Positions 22,301-35,471 of a stretch of 64,000 nucleotides of DNA are shown here, piece by piece. The notes under the pieces were generated by a model. That model was given only the letters and a program-made list of their open reading frames with translations, did not search any database and had not been told where the DNA came from. A program made the translations under genes and the position numbers. The stretch is from positions 1 to 64,000 of the forward strand of contig OZ025668.1 in assembly GCA_964019335.1 (NCBI GenBank), read 5' to 3'. Every line of letters begins with the position of its first letter. The stretch's first letter is position 1. The stretch is from Diplonema japonicum. Taxonomy: Eukaryota; Protista; Euglenozoa: Diplonemea.

Positions 22301-23272
22301 AGATGCGCACGCGGAAGAAGAGCTGCTAATAGTAGACATCTTTAAGTCACATCTCCCACCGGTAAGGCGAGCACACGTCTGATGGCATGTCTCATCACCG
22401 TGGCCAAGATACAGGCACATCCCGAAGTGGGACGCCCCATAGTCAGCATGGGCATGTGTAGTAGCCATTCCGATGTTTGGTGCCTCGACAGCCTCGCAGT
22501 CGACGTATCCCGCAGACATCACGTTGAGCACAGCAGTGTCCAAGACCGCTGTGTAGATTCTAAATTCCCGAATCTTACCAATGAAGGGTAGAACTGCAGC
22601 CCCCCGCCCTACCCATAGCTCTGGTACCACAGGTGGTGTGTAGGAGATATCGTCAAGAATTGCTACGGGCGATCCATCTACCTCTAAAGTCACCTCCCGC
22701 GCGGGAGACGAATAAAACATGACTACCCGATTCCACACATGCAGCAGCACCTTACTCCCGACTACCACTGAAATATCCGTTGTGTTACCCACCTTGACCA
22801 CCCATCGCCCGTCGCTTATACAAAGGCCAAAGCCAGTTTTCCCACGTTGGTTGGATAACACAACTTGTTCCCTCCCAGAGACAGCGTACACGAGGGCATC
22901 CACCGTCCAAGACTCGTTATAACTGCCAGTGTCAAAACTGAAGAGCAAACTGTCGTCCGAACTGCCACTGAAGCGCCATATGTCGCTGCTCTCAATCAAC
23001 GGTGAGATTTGTGTGATATACGTGTTGAAGGACGTTGTACTGCTAACCATCAGCCTCCTGCCAACCACAGGGCACGCGCTGTACAGGGTGCAGCTTTCGT
23101 CGCTCTTGTAGCTGAATGCGCTACAAGTGGTGTTGCACGCACTTTCGCAGGCGTCGAGAGAGGTGCCTGACAAGCTGTCCAGGAAATACTCTTGACCGCA
23201 CCCCCATCCCGTGGCAACCTTTACTTTTGTTCCTATTGTCGATACAAGAAGGAAAGCGACATGTGCCCACAT
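16387..23272 (-). CDS. Very large secreted/surface multidomain protein (signal peptide, PAN/apple-like, several LamG/ConA-like domains, C-type lectin); intron 16990-17023
   Basis: Hydrophobic N-terminus MWAHVAFLLVS; WELARQGCSQRGGDLVTIRS..WIG (CTL); repeated WHHV/YHHV and F.G.I.E LamG motifs; a 34-nt intron joins the 2109-aa and 183-aa ORFs. Confidence 0.85.
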
Positions 23273-23325
23273 CACCTGTATTGAGGATGAAATAGTTTAA
23301 AAAGGTGGCAAGTATACACAGCAGA

Positions 23326-24721
23326 TTATTGGGAGGAATTGGGGACAGCCGACAAGATACCTTCGTCCTTCGGGTGAGCAAAGGCGCACTGTTCGCCTCT
23401 ATCACACTTTCCACCATGCCAGTCCCTACAGAGCGGCAATTGGGGAGTTATCACGTCAGCGCAGCCATGCGCGAAGCCACACTCATCACCATAGGAACAA
23501 GACCCCGAAGTCCAGTTCCTGCAAATAGTTGTCTTAAGCCGCGTTGTGCGCAGTCCCTTCGTCGTGCGCTTAACCTTAAAGTTATCTTTATTATCGGCAT
23601 TCTCTGGGGGGGTCTTTTGTTCATCCGACTTCTTTTGGTTCTTCTTCTTAGACCTGCGCTTTTTCTTAGGTTCCTTCTTTTTTTCAGCTTCATTGGTGCC
23701 CGAATTCTCAGTAGTAACAGCGGCGCCCTTATCAGGCTGGCTAATACCTTCAACCTGCGTGTGCTCGTTGATACCCACGTCGTCTTCGGGGTTCACCAGT
23801 AGGGGGGCCTCACTGACGTCGAGATCAGGTACACCGGACAAAGAGAAGCCCATGGATGGCGATTTCGTCGGGGCGGTGAACGAGGCATTGGGGAGGGGAA
23901 GAGGAGTGCCAGTGGGGGCAGTGAGGTAAGACATGCAAGCGATGTCGGAAAGGTTAGGGGGGACTGGAATATCCGAAAGATTGGTGACCTCAGAAACCTC
24001 AGCCAAGATGGCCTGCACGTCGTGCAGCGGGTTACCTTCAGATGCAGGAAGAACATCTGTCGTAGCGGCCATCTGAAGGGGTGTCTGGTGTTCGCGAAAT
24101 GTATTTATATCACAGTTATTACACAAAGAGCTCTCCTGAAGCGCACCTGTGGGTGCCGAATTAAACCTTATGTTGTTGTACATGTTGTCGCCCAGCGCAA
24201 GGTAGCTGAGGTCTACGATGTTGGACGCCTGCAGGAAAGTATATTTAAAAGTGTTGGCCACATACCTTCGCCGTCAGAGCATGATCCTCAAAATGATCGG
24301 GCTCTTTCTCCTGCTCCTTCTCGTGGTCCTGCTCCTGCTCGTGCTCCTCGTCCTCCTCCTGCTCTTGCTCCTGTTGGTACAGGCGTGTGTAACACTGATA
24401 AGAAAGACCAACAGCGGGGTTTGCTTGTGCCTCGCCGCACAACCGCAACCAGGACTCGAAATCCAGTGCGGTACCTGAGGTTGCCTCTTCGAACTTCTTT
24501 GCTTCCTCGTAGTTATGGAAGCCATCCTTGTCGACATCGAACAAGGTGAACAGAAGCTCTGCCGCTGTACCTTCTTTTATAATCTGAGACTGGCAACTCT
24601 TGTACAGGTATTGCAGCATAAGCAAACAGCCCTGCTCGAGAGGGACTCTAGCACCCATTTCTGTTGCCACGATGCAGCAAAGCTCCATGGTGTGCAGGTC
24701 GTTGAAGAACGCCTCAGTCAT
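23326..24721 (-). CDS. EF-hand + tandem CCCH zinc-finger RNA-binding protein; intron 24229-24265
   Basis: DVDKDGFHNYEE; KTTICRNWTSGSCSYGDECGFAH and CRDWHGGKCDRGEQCAFAH; a 37-nt phase-0 intron joins two ORFs. Confidence 0.85.
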
Positions 24722-24821
24722 TTTTATTTCTCTTTTTTTTTTATAAAAAAAATGTAACCTAGAAGGAATCAAAGTAAAGTGAAAAATCTGACCATAAAAA
24801 GCATGCTTTCAGTGGGATCCA

Positions 24822-26129
24822 CTAAAAGGGGACCCTGTCACTGTCAATCTCTGCATTCACCTCCTTCTCTGTCACGTTCACTTCGTAGCCGTCCCAACGT
24901 GCCTTCCGTTTGCTCTTTTCCGCTTCGGGCTCACCGAAAAACTTATTCCTTATTCTTACCTGTATCTCGTTCATATTAATGATGTCGTGATGCTTTAAAC
25001 ATTTGCGGGCAGCTAGCTGCTGCATTTGACTTGTCGCATGGTTCTGCTCCCCCTCATCAGTGTTCAAATACTTCAGATGGAAGAGGTACTCGCACCACTT
25101 GTGAAATGCAGCGATTATGCTCTCACTGATGTCCTTTACTTTTGGGTTCGGCTTCTTGGGTTTGGCAAGCAGGCTTGCGGCGCCTGTGGGTGCCGGAAGC
25201 TCACGTGTGGCAACTGTGGCAACGGAGGACTCCCTGTAGTAAGATAAAGAATCATCTGAGAATATCCACATACCTCTGCTCGGACACAGACTGCATCGGG
25301 CCGACATCTTCCTCACCCTCATCTTCACTCTCACTGAACGGAGTGCTTACTTTCTCTTTGGGCTTCGCAACCTGTGCCGCCCTGCCTGTCAGCGCCTGAA
25401 AGGAGCACTGTCGTACCTCATCGAGAGTGCCAAACACCTTTCCTGTCTTGAAGCATTTCAACTCTGCTGCGATCAGCTTTTCGTTCATCTCCTCCGGGCC
25501 TGGGAAAGTCACAGCCACATCATTTTGCAGGATTGTGGCCAACGACGCAGGTGACATGAGGCCCCAGTCCGTAGTCAGTAAGCTCCAGTCTGCCTGTGTG
25601 TATGTGATGTGGCGAGTAGTTAGCATACCGCATCCGTCAAGTAGATGAAGTCCTGTGACATGATGTGCAGGTGCATGTCGTGTATAACGGGATCGAAAGC
25701 TTCGAAGCCGTAAGTGTACGTCACATCGGTGTTGGCACCCCAGTGTTTGATGAGCTCCTCGATCTCTTTGGGTCCCGTCCATCTTGACGTGCTGGAGACT
25801 CTGCTATCCTGACGGAACTTTCCTTTGTGCTTAAACAGGAACTTTCTGCAATCGGCAGCCTTAGTGTAACGCTTGATGACGTCCTTGGCAGCATTCTCCA
25901 AGAGCTTCACACAACCACTCCGGGAAGTGGCGGGATGCCTTTCACGCGGTACTATCACAAAATGCATATAGCTCACCTTCAAAGGATGCATGAAGACATA
26001 CACCTGAGGCGTCTGCCCGACCAACACGGCCTTCTCACACCGCCAACTCCTTGCTGGATCACAGTCGTTCAGCACAACACTGCTAAGACCTTCGTCATTT
26101 GTATCACGGGGCCGCTTCCTGTCCTCCAT
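24822..26129 (-). CDS. Aprataxin-like HIT-family protein; introns 25594-25628 and 25234-25273
   Basis: HFVIVPRE and MHLHIMSQDF (aprataxin HLH.ISQDF motif); 35- and 40-nt introns join three ORFs. Confidence 0.75.
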
Positions 26130-26298
26130 GACTACCTGTAGGATGTGGAACAAAGCAAACAAAAAGAAGAGAAGGGAAAGATGCAATACAGGATAGACAT
26201 AAAGCTGTTCCTTACACAGGACAGCATGACGACACAGCCAGTGACTGTGGAAGTCCAGATGGACGGCAGGGCACACGATGTCGTGGCGGTGCTGTGGC

Positions 26299-26941
26299 TT
26301 AGCTCTTGCAGCAAGGGAAGGTTGCTGGGGTGGGGACCTCAGCGGTGGTAAGCTATGTTTTTGTGGTTTGCAGTTGTCTTGTGGCATACCTTGAATGCGT
26401 TGGGGTCCTGAGCGGGCCTCTCGGACATGGATGAGATGGTCTCGATGAGGGAGAGAAAGGCAGTGTCGACGTTGGTGCCCTCCTTGGCAGACACCTCTGC
26501 GTAGCCGATGAAGCCGTGCTGTGCAGCGAACTCCTCAATGGTGGGGGACACGAAGGTCTCGCCTAGGTCGCACTTGTTGGCGATGAGGAGGCAAGGGATC
26601 TTCGAGCTGTCCAACAACTCTACCTTCTGGTCGATATCTGCTTTCCACTTTGCAGCATTGGAGAGAGAGCTCGGTGTGCCCACAGCGCATACCACCACAG
26701 CGCCGACAGCCCCTTTATAGTACACACGAGTCATATTGCCTATCATCTCCCGCCCGCCGATGTCCCACAGCTGGGCTTGTATCTCTTTATTGTCGCTCTT
26801 TAAGGTCTTGCTATTGAACTCCACCCCCACCGTTGCCTTGTAGTTCCCCGTGTACACCATGTCGCAGTACCTGCGTATCAGCGAAGTCTTCCCCACACCC
26901 GTGTCCCCCACAACAAGCAGCTTGTAAAGGAAAGACTCCAT
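26299..26941 (-). CDS. Rab32/38/29-family small GTPase; intron 26353-26389
   Basis: GDTGVGKT, YKATVGVEF, WDIGGRE..GNMTRVYYK, NKCD, SAK; spliced C-terminus ends CCKS*. Confidence 0.88.
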
Positions 26942-29900
26942 CCTCCTGTGTGGCTTATGCAGATATACGTGAGGTTAAAAACGCAAATAGGGAGGAAGTG
27001 AAGGAAGGCCTGCTGTCAATCTTCAGTCTGTATCACAGCCTCTTTGCTTACGTGTAAAAACAGAGTGGGTAAAGTAGAGTATAGTAGGGGGAGGAGAGGG
27101 ACGGCACCACACGGGGGACGAAGCCCTAGATGAAAAAGAAGCAAGAATATAAAAAAATTAGCATGAAATTTTTTCTTTTTTAAAAAGGGGAAGGGGAGGA
27201 GGGAGCCAAAAGGTATTGAACATGGCAGACTGCGTTTCTTTTCTTATTCTTCATCTCGCTACCATTAAAAATAAAAAACTCTTCTTATTCATTCTTTCGG
27301 AAAAGAGGGGATGAAGAGGGAGGATGTCCTAGAGGCACTATACCATATTTCTAAATTATAAGGACTGAGATTATTAAGAAATCTAATAAGGTCTAAGGTA
27401 TGTGAGATTTCAAAGTTGCGTTAAACGAATTCTTCTTTACCAATTCTCCTCTTTTTTTATTTAAAACTCAGCATACAAACGAATACATTTTCATTTTCTT
27501 ATTTTTCTTTTTCGTTACTTTTCATTTGATATTTTCCCTATAATATTATTATTTTCCTTCTTCTTCCCTCTAGTATTAAGGTATTTAGATAGGTTTCCCC
27601 AACCGAGAAAAAAAAATTGAGGATTTTATTTTAATTAACTAACTAGGTGAAAAAAAACACATTTCTTTCACCTTGTTTGGCTATAAAAAAAAAAGTTATA
27701 ATGTGTGCTTGGATCAAATATCTTGTAAATGGGCTGACTGGGTTCCTCCAGAGGGATACCTCAGGTTATTCATGACACCTTTTGGCCTTCTAGAAAAGAA
27801 GAAAAGTACCGCCAGTCACAAAAATAGGATTTTCTTCTTTCTTTTCTTTTATGGATCTTATAAAAATTCTTATAAAAAAATAAAATCTGCTGCCCTGAGG
27901 ATTAAAATTCCGAATTCCCTGTTGTTTATCAAAAAAGAAAATATCGTGTGGGGGGGAGGCGACTGACGACCAATGTTGCTATGAGACCTGTCACCCCTCT
28001 GCTCTCCTTCTGGTGGGGGGGGGTCTTTTACCTCGATATTAGTTTTCCTTTTTTGTTCCATTGCATTGGTTTTAATTCATACAAATAAAATAAGAAGAGA
28101 AAAAAAATGTCAGGAGACTCACGCCCGAGAATGTGAGAGAGTGTGCATAGGAAAGAAAAAAGGGGGCAATCCAGTCACTATTGGGTATTACTGATTATTG
28201 GATTTGGAAAAAACCCAATAATACCCAAAAAAAAGAAAGAGATGCCCATTGACGCTACGCGTGCTCCTTTTCCCTCCCGTAAATCCATTGTCAATATTTT
28301 GCTTTTTTTTTTCTTGTTCAAGCAAAAAAAAAAAATGCCAAAGTATGCACTCTATGACCTTGGGAGGGGGGGGGTGGGCAAATGAAATAATCGGACTTTG
28401 TCGAGAGGATTCATTCATTGACATTGTGCGCTTGCAAAAATAAAAAAGAAGGACTTACAAAAAGATACAAGGACCTTGGGAAAACCTCAACAACCTGACC
28501 TCAAGATCATAATTCCCAATCATGTGTCGTAGACCTCCACCCCCCCCCCCCCCCCCCATCTTCTCACTTCTTAATTTAAAGGCTTTTTTCTTTTCTCTTA
28601 TAAGCTTTGATATTCTTTTTTCCTGAGGTAAAAAAAAAAGAAATCATGTTTTTGCTTCATGAATAAAAAAATAGGGGGGAGAAAATGGAGAAAAAAAAAG
28701 AAAAAAAAAGAAAAAAAAACCATGAGGGGCAAGCAGTGAAGTATTCAGGAAGGGGAAAAAAAAAAAAGAAAAAGAAAGAAAAAAAAAACAGGCAAAGGGT
28801 GAAAAAGGGCCATCAAGTTCCCTTTTGCACTGTACTTCTTTTCCCCAAAACACCTTGTGGTGGAAGTTACCTTCCTTCTGTGCAACTGACCTTTGGGGAG
28901 GACGAAAAGGATATCTAGCGAGAATTAGATTCAACTGCTAACTTTAAAGAAAAAAGAACGCAAAAAGAATCTCCGTTGTCGCAAAAGCAGGGGCTTGAGG
29001 ACCTATCCAAGTATTAATACCTGAAAGGAGTTAAAAAGAAAACTGAGCGTCAAGGAATCAAAGCATCCAGATGCGCCTGTCGCCCCTCTTCTTTTTTTCT
29101 CTTTCCGTTTTTCTTTTTCTTATCTTCCTTTTCTTTTTGATCCCTCCCCTCTTTTATAGATATGAAGAAATATTCTATATTTATGTAAAAAAAAATATTT
29201 ATATATATAAAAAAAAAAAACCACCTCACGCAACCCTGTCCAGGTGAGATCCGGAATTCATTCTGCTTTTTTCGGCACCACTTTGCCCCATGATGGGGGA
29301 ACTGGTGTACTTTTAAAAATCTTGCGAAAGGTGTCACGCCCAACAAAAGGTTTTTTATTTTAATCGCAAAAAAAAAAAAAAAAAAAAAAACTATTCAGTG
29401 CGGTGTAACAGGCAGAAAGTGGTCCCATGCGCGAACGAAAACTCGGATTTTAGTGGAAATCAATTTCACTTTTCTGGACAAGGGTCATTTCCTCTTTCTT
29501 TTCCTTTTTTTTAAGATTTCTCTTCTGCAAATATATATTATAGAGCGTGATGTTATTACAAGTGTGTCAGACAAAACAAAAAAAAAAACAAAAAAAAAAA
29601 GATATACTCTCATCACAATTATTGAAAAGCCTAAACAAAAGAACACTGTGATAAAAGGTTAATGCTTGTTTGTCACTCTTGCGAACACACGACCCACCCC
29701 AAGGGAAAAGGCGCTCTCTTCTTCTTCTTCTTCTTATCTTCCTTTTCTTTAAGCGGAAGCAGGGGAGAAGCTCTCTGGCAGAGGACTCCGCTTGCCTTGC
29801 CTTCTACATTGCGCCCCTTATTTTCCTTTTCTTCCCTTCTTTTTGGAGATGCTCATACATACTGGTTCTAAGAGACAAGGAGAGAGCAGGGCAGGAGCTC

Positions 29901-29962
29901 CTTGATTCACACAAGTGAATCTTTAAAAGGAAAAAAAAAATAAAAAACTTTAAAAAAAAAAG

Positions 29963-30073
29963 AGGAACTGGCCGTTGTTTGCGTGGTACGGGTGAAATCT
30001 GGAGAAGCTTATAACCCGTAACACGTTTACCATTGTTCCCTTTTGTTTGTCAAAGCCAAAGACTTCGTTCTTG
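29963..30073. repeat. Dispersed ~110-bp block (family B), probably the distal part of the SL-headed element
   Basis: AGAGGAACTGG..AAGCTTATAACCCGTAA..ACACG..CAAAGACT..GTTCTT also at 57015-57115, and more degenerate at 57889-57967 and 62105-62174. Confidence 0.75.
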
Positions 30074-30377
30074 CAAAAAAAGAAAAAAAGATTATTTTTC
30101 TTTGTATTATTTTTTTATAATATCCTCGCGAAGTAAAACATCACAAAAACCTTTTTCTTTTTACACCATTCTTCGTGAGACCTTTTTTTTTTACTTGTTT
30201 ATTATATTCCCCCCCCCTTTTTTTTTCTTTTCTTTTTTTACAACAGGGGGAAGATATTTAAGAAAAAAAATAAGGGGGGTAAAAAAAAAAAGGACCAATC
30301 AGTCAGGGGCCCTGTATTTCGTCTTTCGCCTCGATACCGAGTGCCCTGAATCAGTAGGGGAAAGGGAGAAAAAAAAA

Positions 30378-30720
30378 TGGGGCTTTGATCGCAACACTAA
30401 GTGGCGTTAAGTGTGCAAAGAAGAATGAACCATCTACTTGATTACAGGGGCGCACCTCGGCCTAGCTGTAGCTTCTTTTGTGTTCCGCGTCGTGTCCTTA
30501 ATGCGTACGGTGGGCAACTCAATCCCAGCCTGGGCGTCCTGGGTAACCAAGATTCTGCGCTTGTGCAGTTTGCTGCCTGTTCGTCACCCTGAGCAATTAC
30601 GACTTGGTGATGACCGACGTGCAGGTCAACAGCGAACAACACATCTGATGTACTTCTTATATTTCCATGTTATCTCCACCATCAATAAAGTACAGAAACT
30701 GTAGCTTTAGAATCGTTGGT
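30378..30720 (-). mobile_element. SL-headed SINE-like element, copy A (SL exon at 30683-30720)
   Basis: Colinear and highly similar to 58303-58659; starts with a 38-nt SL on the minus strand and ends at a T-tract. Confidence 0.88.
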
Positions 30721-30756
30721 CCAAGGTTCAGAGTAAACAATTCTTTGCCTAGTTAA

Positions 30757-31798
30757 CCCTTAAACGCCCAACTGCTTCTGTAGAAGCAGTTAATAGGTGT
30801 AGTTGTTCTGTGGTCATCTAGACCAAAGCCTCGGATCGGTTTTCATAAAAAAAAAATGGAATGGAAAGATACTGAAAATCTGCGTTAAATGCGCTATTTG
30901 TATCCATCTGAAACCTCATAACTTCATCCCAGAACGGGGTGCCGAGACACTGGGCGACACCAAAAATGGGCATTTTCCGGATTTTCATGATTTTTCCCCT
31001 CTTTTTTTTTTTTTTTTCCCCGAGTCACTAGGCCTTATCAAAATCAGCATGCCAGCACACAACGGGAGCAGTTCCCGTCGACCTGCAATGTTCATATGGG
31101 TTAAATCGCTCGTGCAGGCCCTCCGGTCGATCGTCCCCATCGTCGTCGGGTTCGGTCCCGGCCCGGGGTACTTCGTGGTGTGCTTCGTGGTCACACGGGA
31201 AACGGATGGCCTGGTGTGGAAACCAGCACTGGTGAACCACCGATCCCAGACGATGACCAGCATAACGGAGCATGCATGGGTAAAGAACCTCCAACCCCTG
31301 GGATGACCCCCCGGGTAAGCGGAAGTCCAGAAATGCTCAGCACGATGCGGAAGGTCAGCCTTCCCGGCCAACGCCAAACCGAGAGTGCATACCTCTGGCA
31401 CCTTGGACACAGCTACGGCACGAGGTCTCTTCTCCTCGAACCAAATTGCCTCCCTGCCTTGCACAACTCCATGTAAATGTTTCTCGCCCAGATGCCGTCC
31501 ATCTCATTGCGACAAACAGTCACCGCAGGCACCAGAACAGTGAACACCCCCACACTGGGATTTTAGCGAGTTTCGCATGCAGAAAAGCAAATGAACTCAT
31601 GGCATCCGGTCGATGCACCTCCATGGGTCGAAAACACTAAATATTTAGTGGAATGAACGCAAATCTTTCAAATTTTTCAAATGCGTACCTCGAATCAAAA
31701 AATAACCTCAAGACTTAGCATGTTTGACCCAATGCCAACAAAGACCCAAAATCGAAAATTTTCGAAAATCAATTACCCCCCCCCTGGGCGTCTAAGGG
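30757..31798. mobile_element. Non-autonomous piggyBac element (1042 bp)
   Basis: TTAA duplication at 30753-30756 and 31799-31802; TIRs CCCTTAAACGCCCA / TGGGCGTCTAAGGG (13/14); minus-strand remnant VIVWDRWFTS resembles the piggyBac DNWFTS motif. Confidence 0.9.
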
Positions 31799-34700
31799 TT
31801 AATAAAGAGAAGAAAAAAAAGAGAGAAAAATTGAAAAAAAGGAAATAATAAGTAAGATCGCATGTGGGAGGGACTGCCAGTAGCGGGCTGAAAGCTGGCA
31901 CTTTCGAGAATACGTCCATTCTAAGGAAACTTCACACAGGAAAAAAATAAGAATAAAAATAAAAAAAACCCTGGGAACAAATATAAAAAAAAACTCGATA
32001 AAATTTCAGTGTGCATGGGGGTGCTCACTTGAAAAAAGTTCGCTAGCAAAATAAAAAAAAAACCGTATTCCATGGCCCCCCCCCCCTTAGTAAAAAGAAA
32101 GAGAAATGAATAGAATGGAGAGACTTCCTGCCTCGGCTGCACTCGCCTAATTCCATACCATGGTTTACCCTTTTCCAAAGAAAGGAAACAAAAAAGAAAA
32201 AGGGTAACTACGGCCCTTGGTATGACCCTAGAAAAAACTTCGATTAAACTATCTTAACAATCTAAAAAAAAAAGAAGAAGAAACAGTAATAAATAATTGC
32301 ATGCCTTGCGAACCTAAAAGTCTCCCAAATCCTGAAAAAACCTTTTTTGGCCAATCCTAAAATCCCAAAAAACCTTCAGGTTGCGAGGTATAGAATAGTA
32401 AAAATAAGGGGTTGTTCACTTAGTACCCAAGAAAAGTACAGAAATTCACCTACTACCAAAAAAATAAAAAGAAACTCTTATATCTAAATTGGGTTCTTTC
32501 TGGGGTTAGGATCCTGTGAGGCTGAGCAGGGCTGTATAACAAAAAAGGGAAACTTGAAAATAAAAACAAAACTATACACTTTATGGTTTGAGTTCTTCTC
32601 ATGTAAATCAGACCCCCAAAAAAAACCGCTAATAAGTGAATTTCGAAACCTTTTGTAATGAATTCTGGACTTTTCCTTGAGTACCAAGTGAATCTTGTCA
32701 AATCCTCCAAAAAATAAAATAATAAAAAAAAATAAAAAATAGAAAATTAAGCGAAGAAAGGCGGGCTGCCCCTGCGAGCAAGCAAAAAAAATACATATTA
32801 GTTGTGGACCAATAATTGGCAACGTGCCACCTCACCTTGCCCAGACATTAAACTAAATCTCACCAAAAAAAGAAGAAGAAAAAAAAATGAAGAAGCTCCG
32901 TAGTTGGAATTAACTTACGAAAAATATATTAAAAAAAAATAACAAACCTACACAAAAAAATAAAACTCAAAGTACAGGACAAGCCCCCCGCAGAGGGCCG
33001 CCCTATGGGAGGGGGGGGGTCTATCTGTTAATACTCCCCTTCTGATAAAATAAAAAAATATAAGAAATAAAGGAGTGTTGGCGGAGTCCTGTTTAAAAAA
33101 AAGATAAAATAAAAATAAAAAAGAGTAAAGTGCTCAATATCCATCCCTAAGTCTCTAAAACGCTCAAAAAAGTTATCAGAGCCCCTCTTTTTTCTTTGTT
33201 CTTTCTTTCAACAAAGCATCTCCCCAGAGCTCACGAAAAAAAAAAAAATGCAAAAACACCTCCAAATTTTGCGGTAGCTCTTCTTTCTTTTTTTTCTTTT
33301 TAATTTACGCCCCAAGGACATTGCTGTTAGGCATTCCTTTTCTCCCCCCCCCTCCCCCCCTTCCGTTTCTATTTACCCTCCTTTTTTTTTACTTTCCTTA
33401 CCTCCTTAAAAAAGGGGGGAGGGGGCAGATGTGAAATAGGGATGGGACGGTGAGAGAAAAAAAAGGTGCGTAAAGGCATCTCTGAAAAATTAACCTGCTC
33501 TCGAGAGGCATGACAGGTGCCCTCTCAACAAAAGATTCAACAAACTTCACCCTTTCGAGAATTCTAAACGCAAAATAAAAAATTCATGCCAGTCTTTTCT
33601 TCAAAAAAAAGGAAAAAAATATAGTGCGCCCCCACCGACATGAGGTGCTACATCCCACATCTTTTCTTAACTGATTGGAAAAAAAAAAAATCATTTGTTG
33701 GTTGTGCTGTAGTTTTTCTTTCATCTTTCTTTTTTTTTTGTATTCTTTTTTTTTTGGTTTATATGATGTTGTGTAATAAAATATGGAATCGTATTTCACT
33801 CTTCTCAATTCTACCTTCAATTCACTGCTTTCTGTGAATAAATAGCATCCATTAGCAGTGCGATGATTCTGAAACCGAAATCCAATTCAATTTCCAACCA
33901 TCGGTCAGCCCAGCAGCATGAATTTGGGATCGATGTTTGTGGGACCCACCCATTATCTTCACCCTCTTACTGTGGGCATGGGAGTGACCACTTTCCCAAT
34001 TCTTAATGGAATTCTGAATGAAGTAAAACAGGAGAGTAAAATAAGAAAAAAATGCCACTTTTATCCACGCCGCTTAATGAATTTATGTCATCTGGGGAAT
34101 CAAAAAAAAAAAAAAAAAAAAAAAAAAACAACAACAACATCAACATCAACAACGAGAGGTATCAATGACATAAAATTCCATTTATTCGTGTGAACAAAAA
34201 AAAAATAGCAATTTCTTTCCCTTCGAGAAAAAAAAATTAGAAAAAAAAAAGGGGGAGGGAGGGGGGAATATGGAATCGAAAATCATTTTTGCTTGGTAGG
34301 TTCTAATGTTTCTTTCTTTTCTGTTTTCTTTTTTCGTTTTTTTCTTTTTTTTGCTGGTTGCACTCTTTTTTTCTTTCTTTCTTCCCCCCCCTTTTCTTTT
34401 ATAGATTGGTGATGCTTAGCTTATTTTTTCTTTTGTCGCAACAGCACTTGAAACAACTGATAAAGTTCGCTTCCAGTGCGTAGTTTTTCTTGTTTCAGTT
34501 TCTCAGAAGAAACAACCCCTCTAGTTACGCCGTGCCGGGTCTCCCGTGGCCCTTCGCCATTCTCAATCAGTCTCTCCCAGGTGAAGCAACGCTAAGTACA
34601 CGGGATGCAAGGGAAGGTCAACAACGTTGAATTCTCTTTCGGGAAAAGCGACACTTAGCAACAAGGGGTGTGGGTTTCTTTTTTTTTCTCTTTCCTCTTC

Positions 34701-35471
34701 TTCTTCATCTTCTATCTCTCATCAACTACAAGGGTACAAAAAAAAAAAAAAAAAAAAAAAAAAAAACGAATCTCCAATTAAACATAGCCAAATAGCTATA
34801 GTGAAGTACAAATTTAGTGGGCCAAAAACAGAACGAAAGAAGGGCACCACACCTGAGGATGCCCTTGTGTATTTAAAAAAAACTTTAAAAACTCTGTGTT
34901 TTCCTCCCCCCCCCCTTATTCTTCTTCTCCTTTTCTTTTCTTTGTTAGCTTACCAAGTGTATTCTAGCAACTGAGGGGAACCGCGGATTATGTTTTTCAT
35001 GTTTTCGGTACCTAACAAAAAAAAAAGCCGGTAATTCTTCAAAAAAAAAAAGAAAAAGGATTACAACGATTTAAGAAATCGAAAGGAAAAAAAACTAGAA
35101 GAACCCGAGACTGGGGGAGTTAACAGATTAAAAAAAAAAAAAGGAAAGGAGAAAAAAAAAAGCCCAAGGTGCCAACTGACACAATGCGCGTTCAAATGAG
35201 GAAAAAGAAATAAAATTAAATAAACAAGGAGGGCGAAACGTAAGCTTTGGCAGTACCAGGTCACCAACGACGCGACTCAGCAGATAAAAAAGAGGAAAAA
35301 AAATGGGGGGGAAGGGGGAAGGAAATCTTAGAAAAGGGGCCTCTGTGCTGTGCACATATGAAAAAAAAAAAAAAAATCTTTCTCTTGTTTCGGCGGAGCA
35401 CTTCCCTGCGGGGTCATTAACTCCACCTCCTTTGCATAGTGCACGGGAATTCTTAAAAAAAAATTATATAT

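Noticed and set aside
25397-25417. Possible 21-nt in-frame intron GTACGA..TTTCAG in the aprataxin-like gene
   Set aside because: Below the observed size class and not needed for frame; left uncalled.
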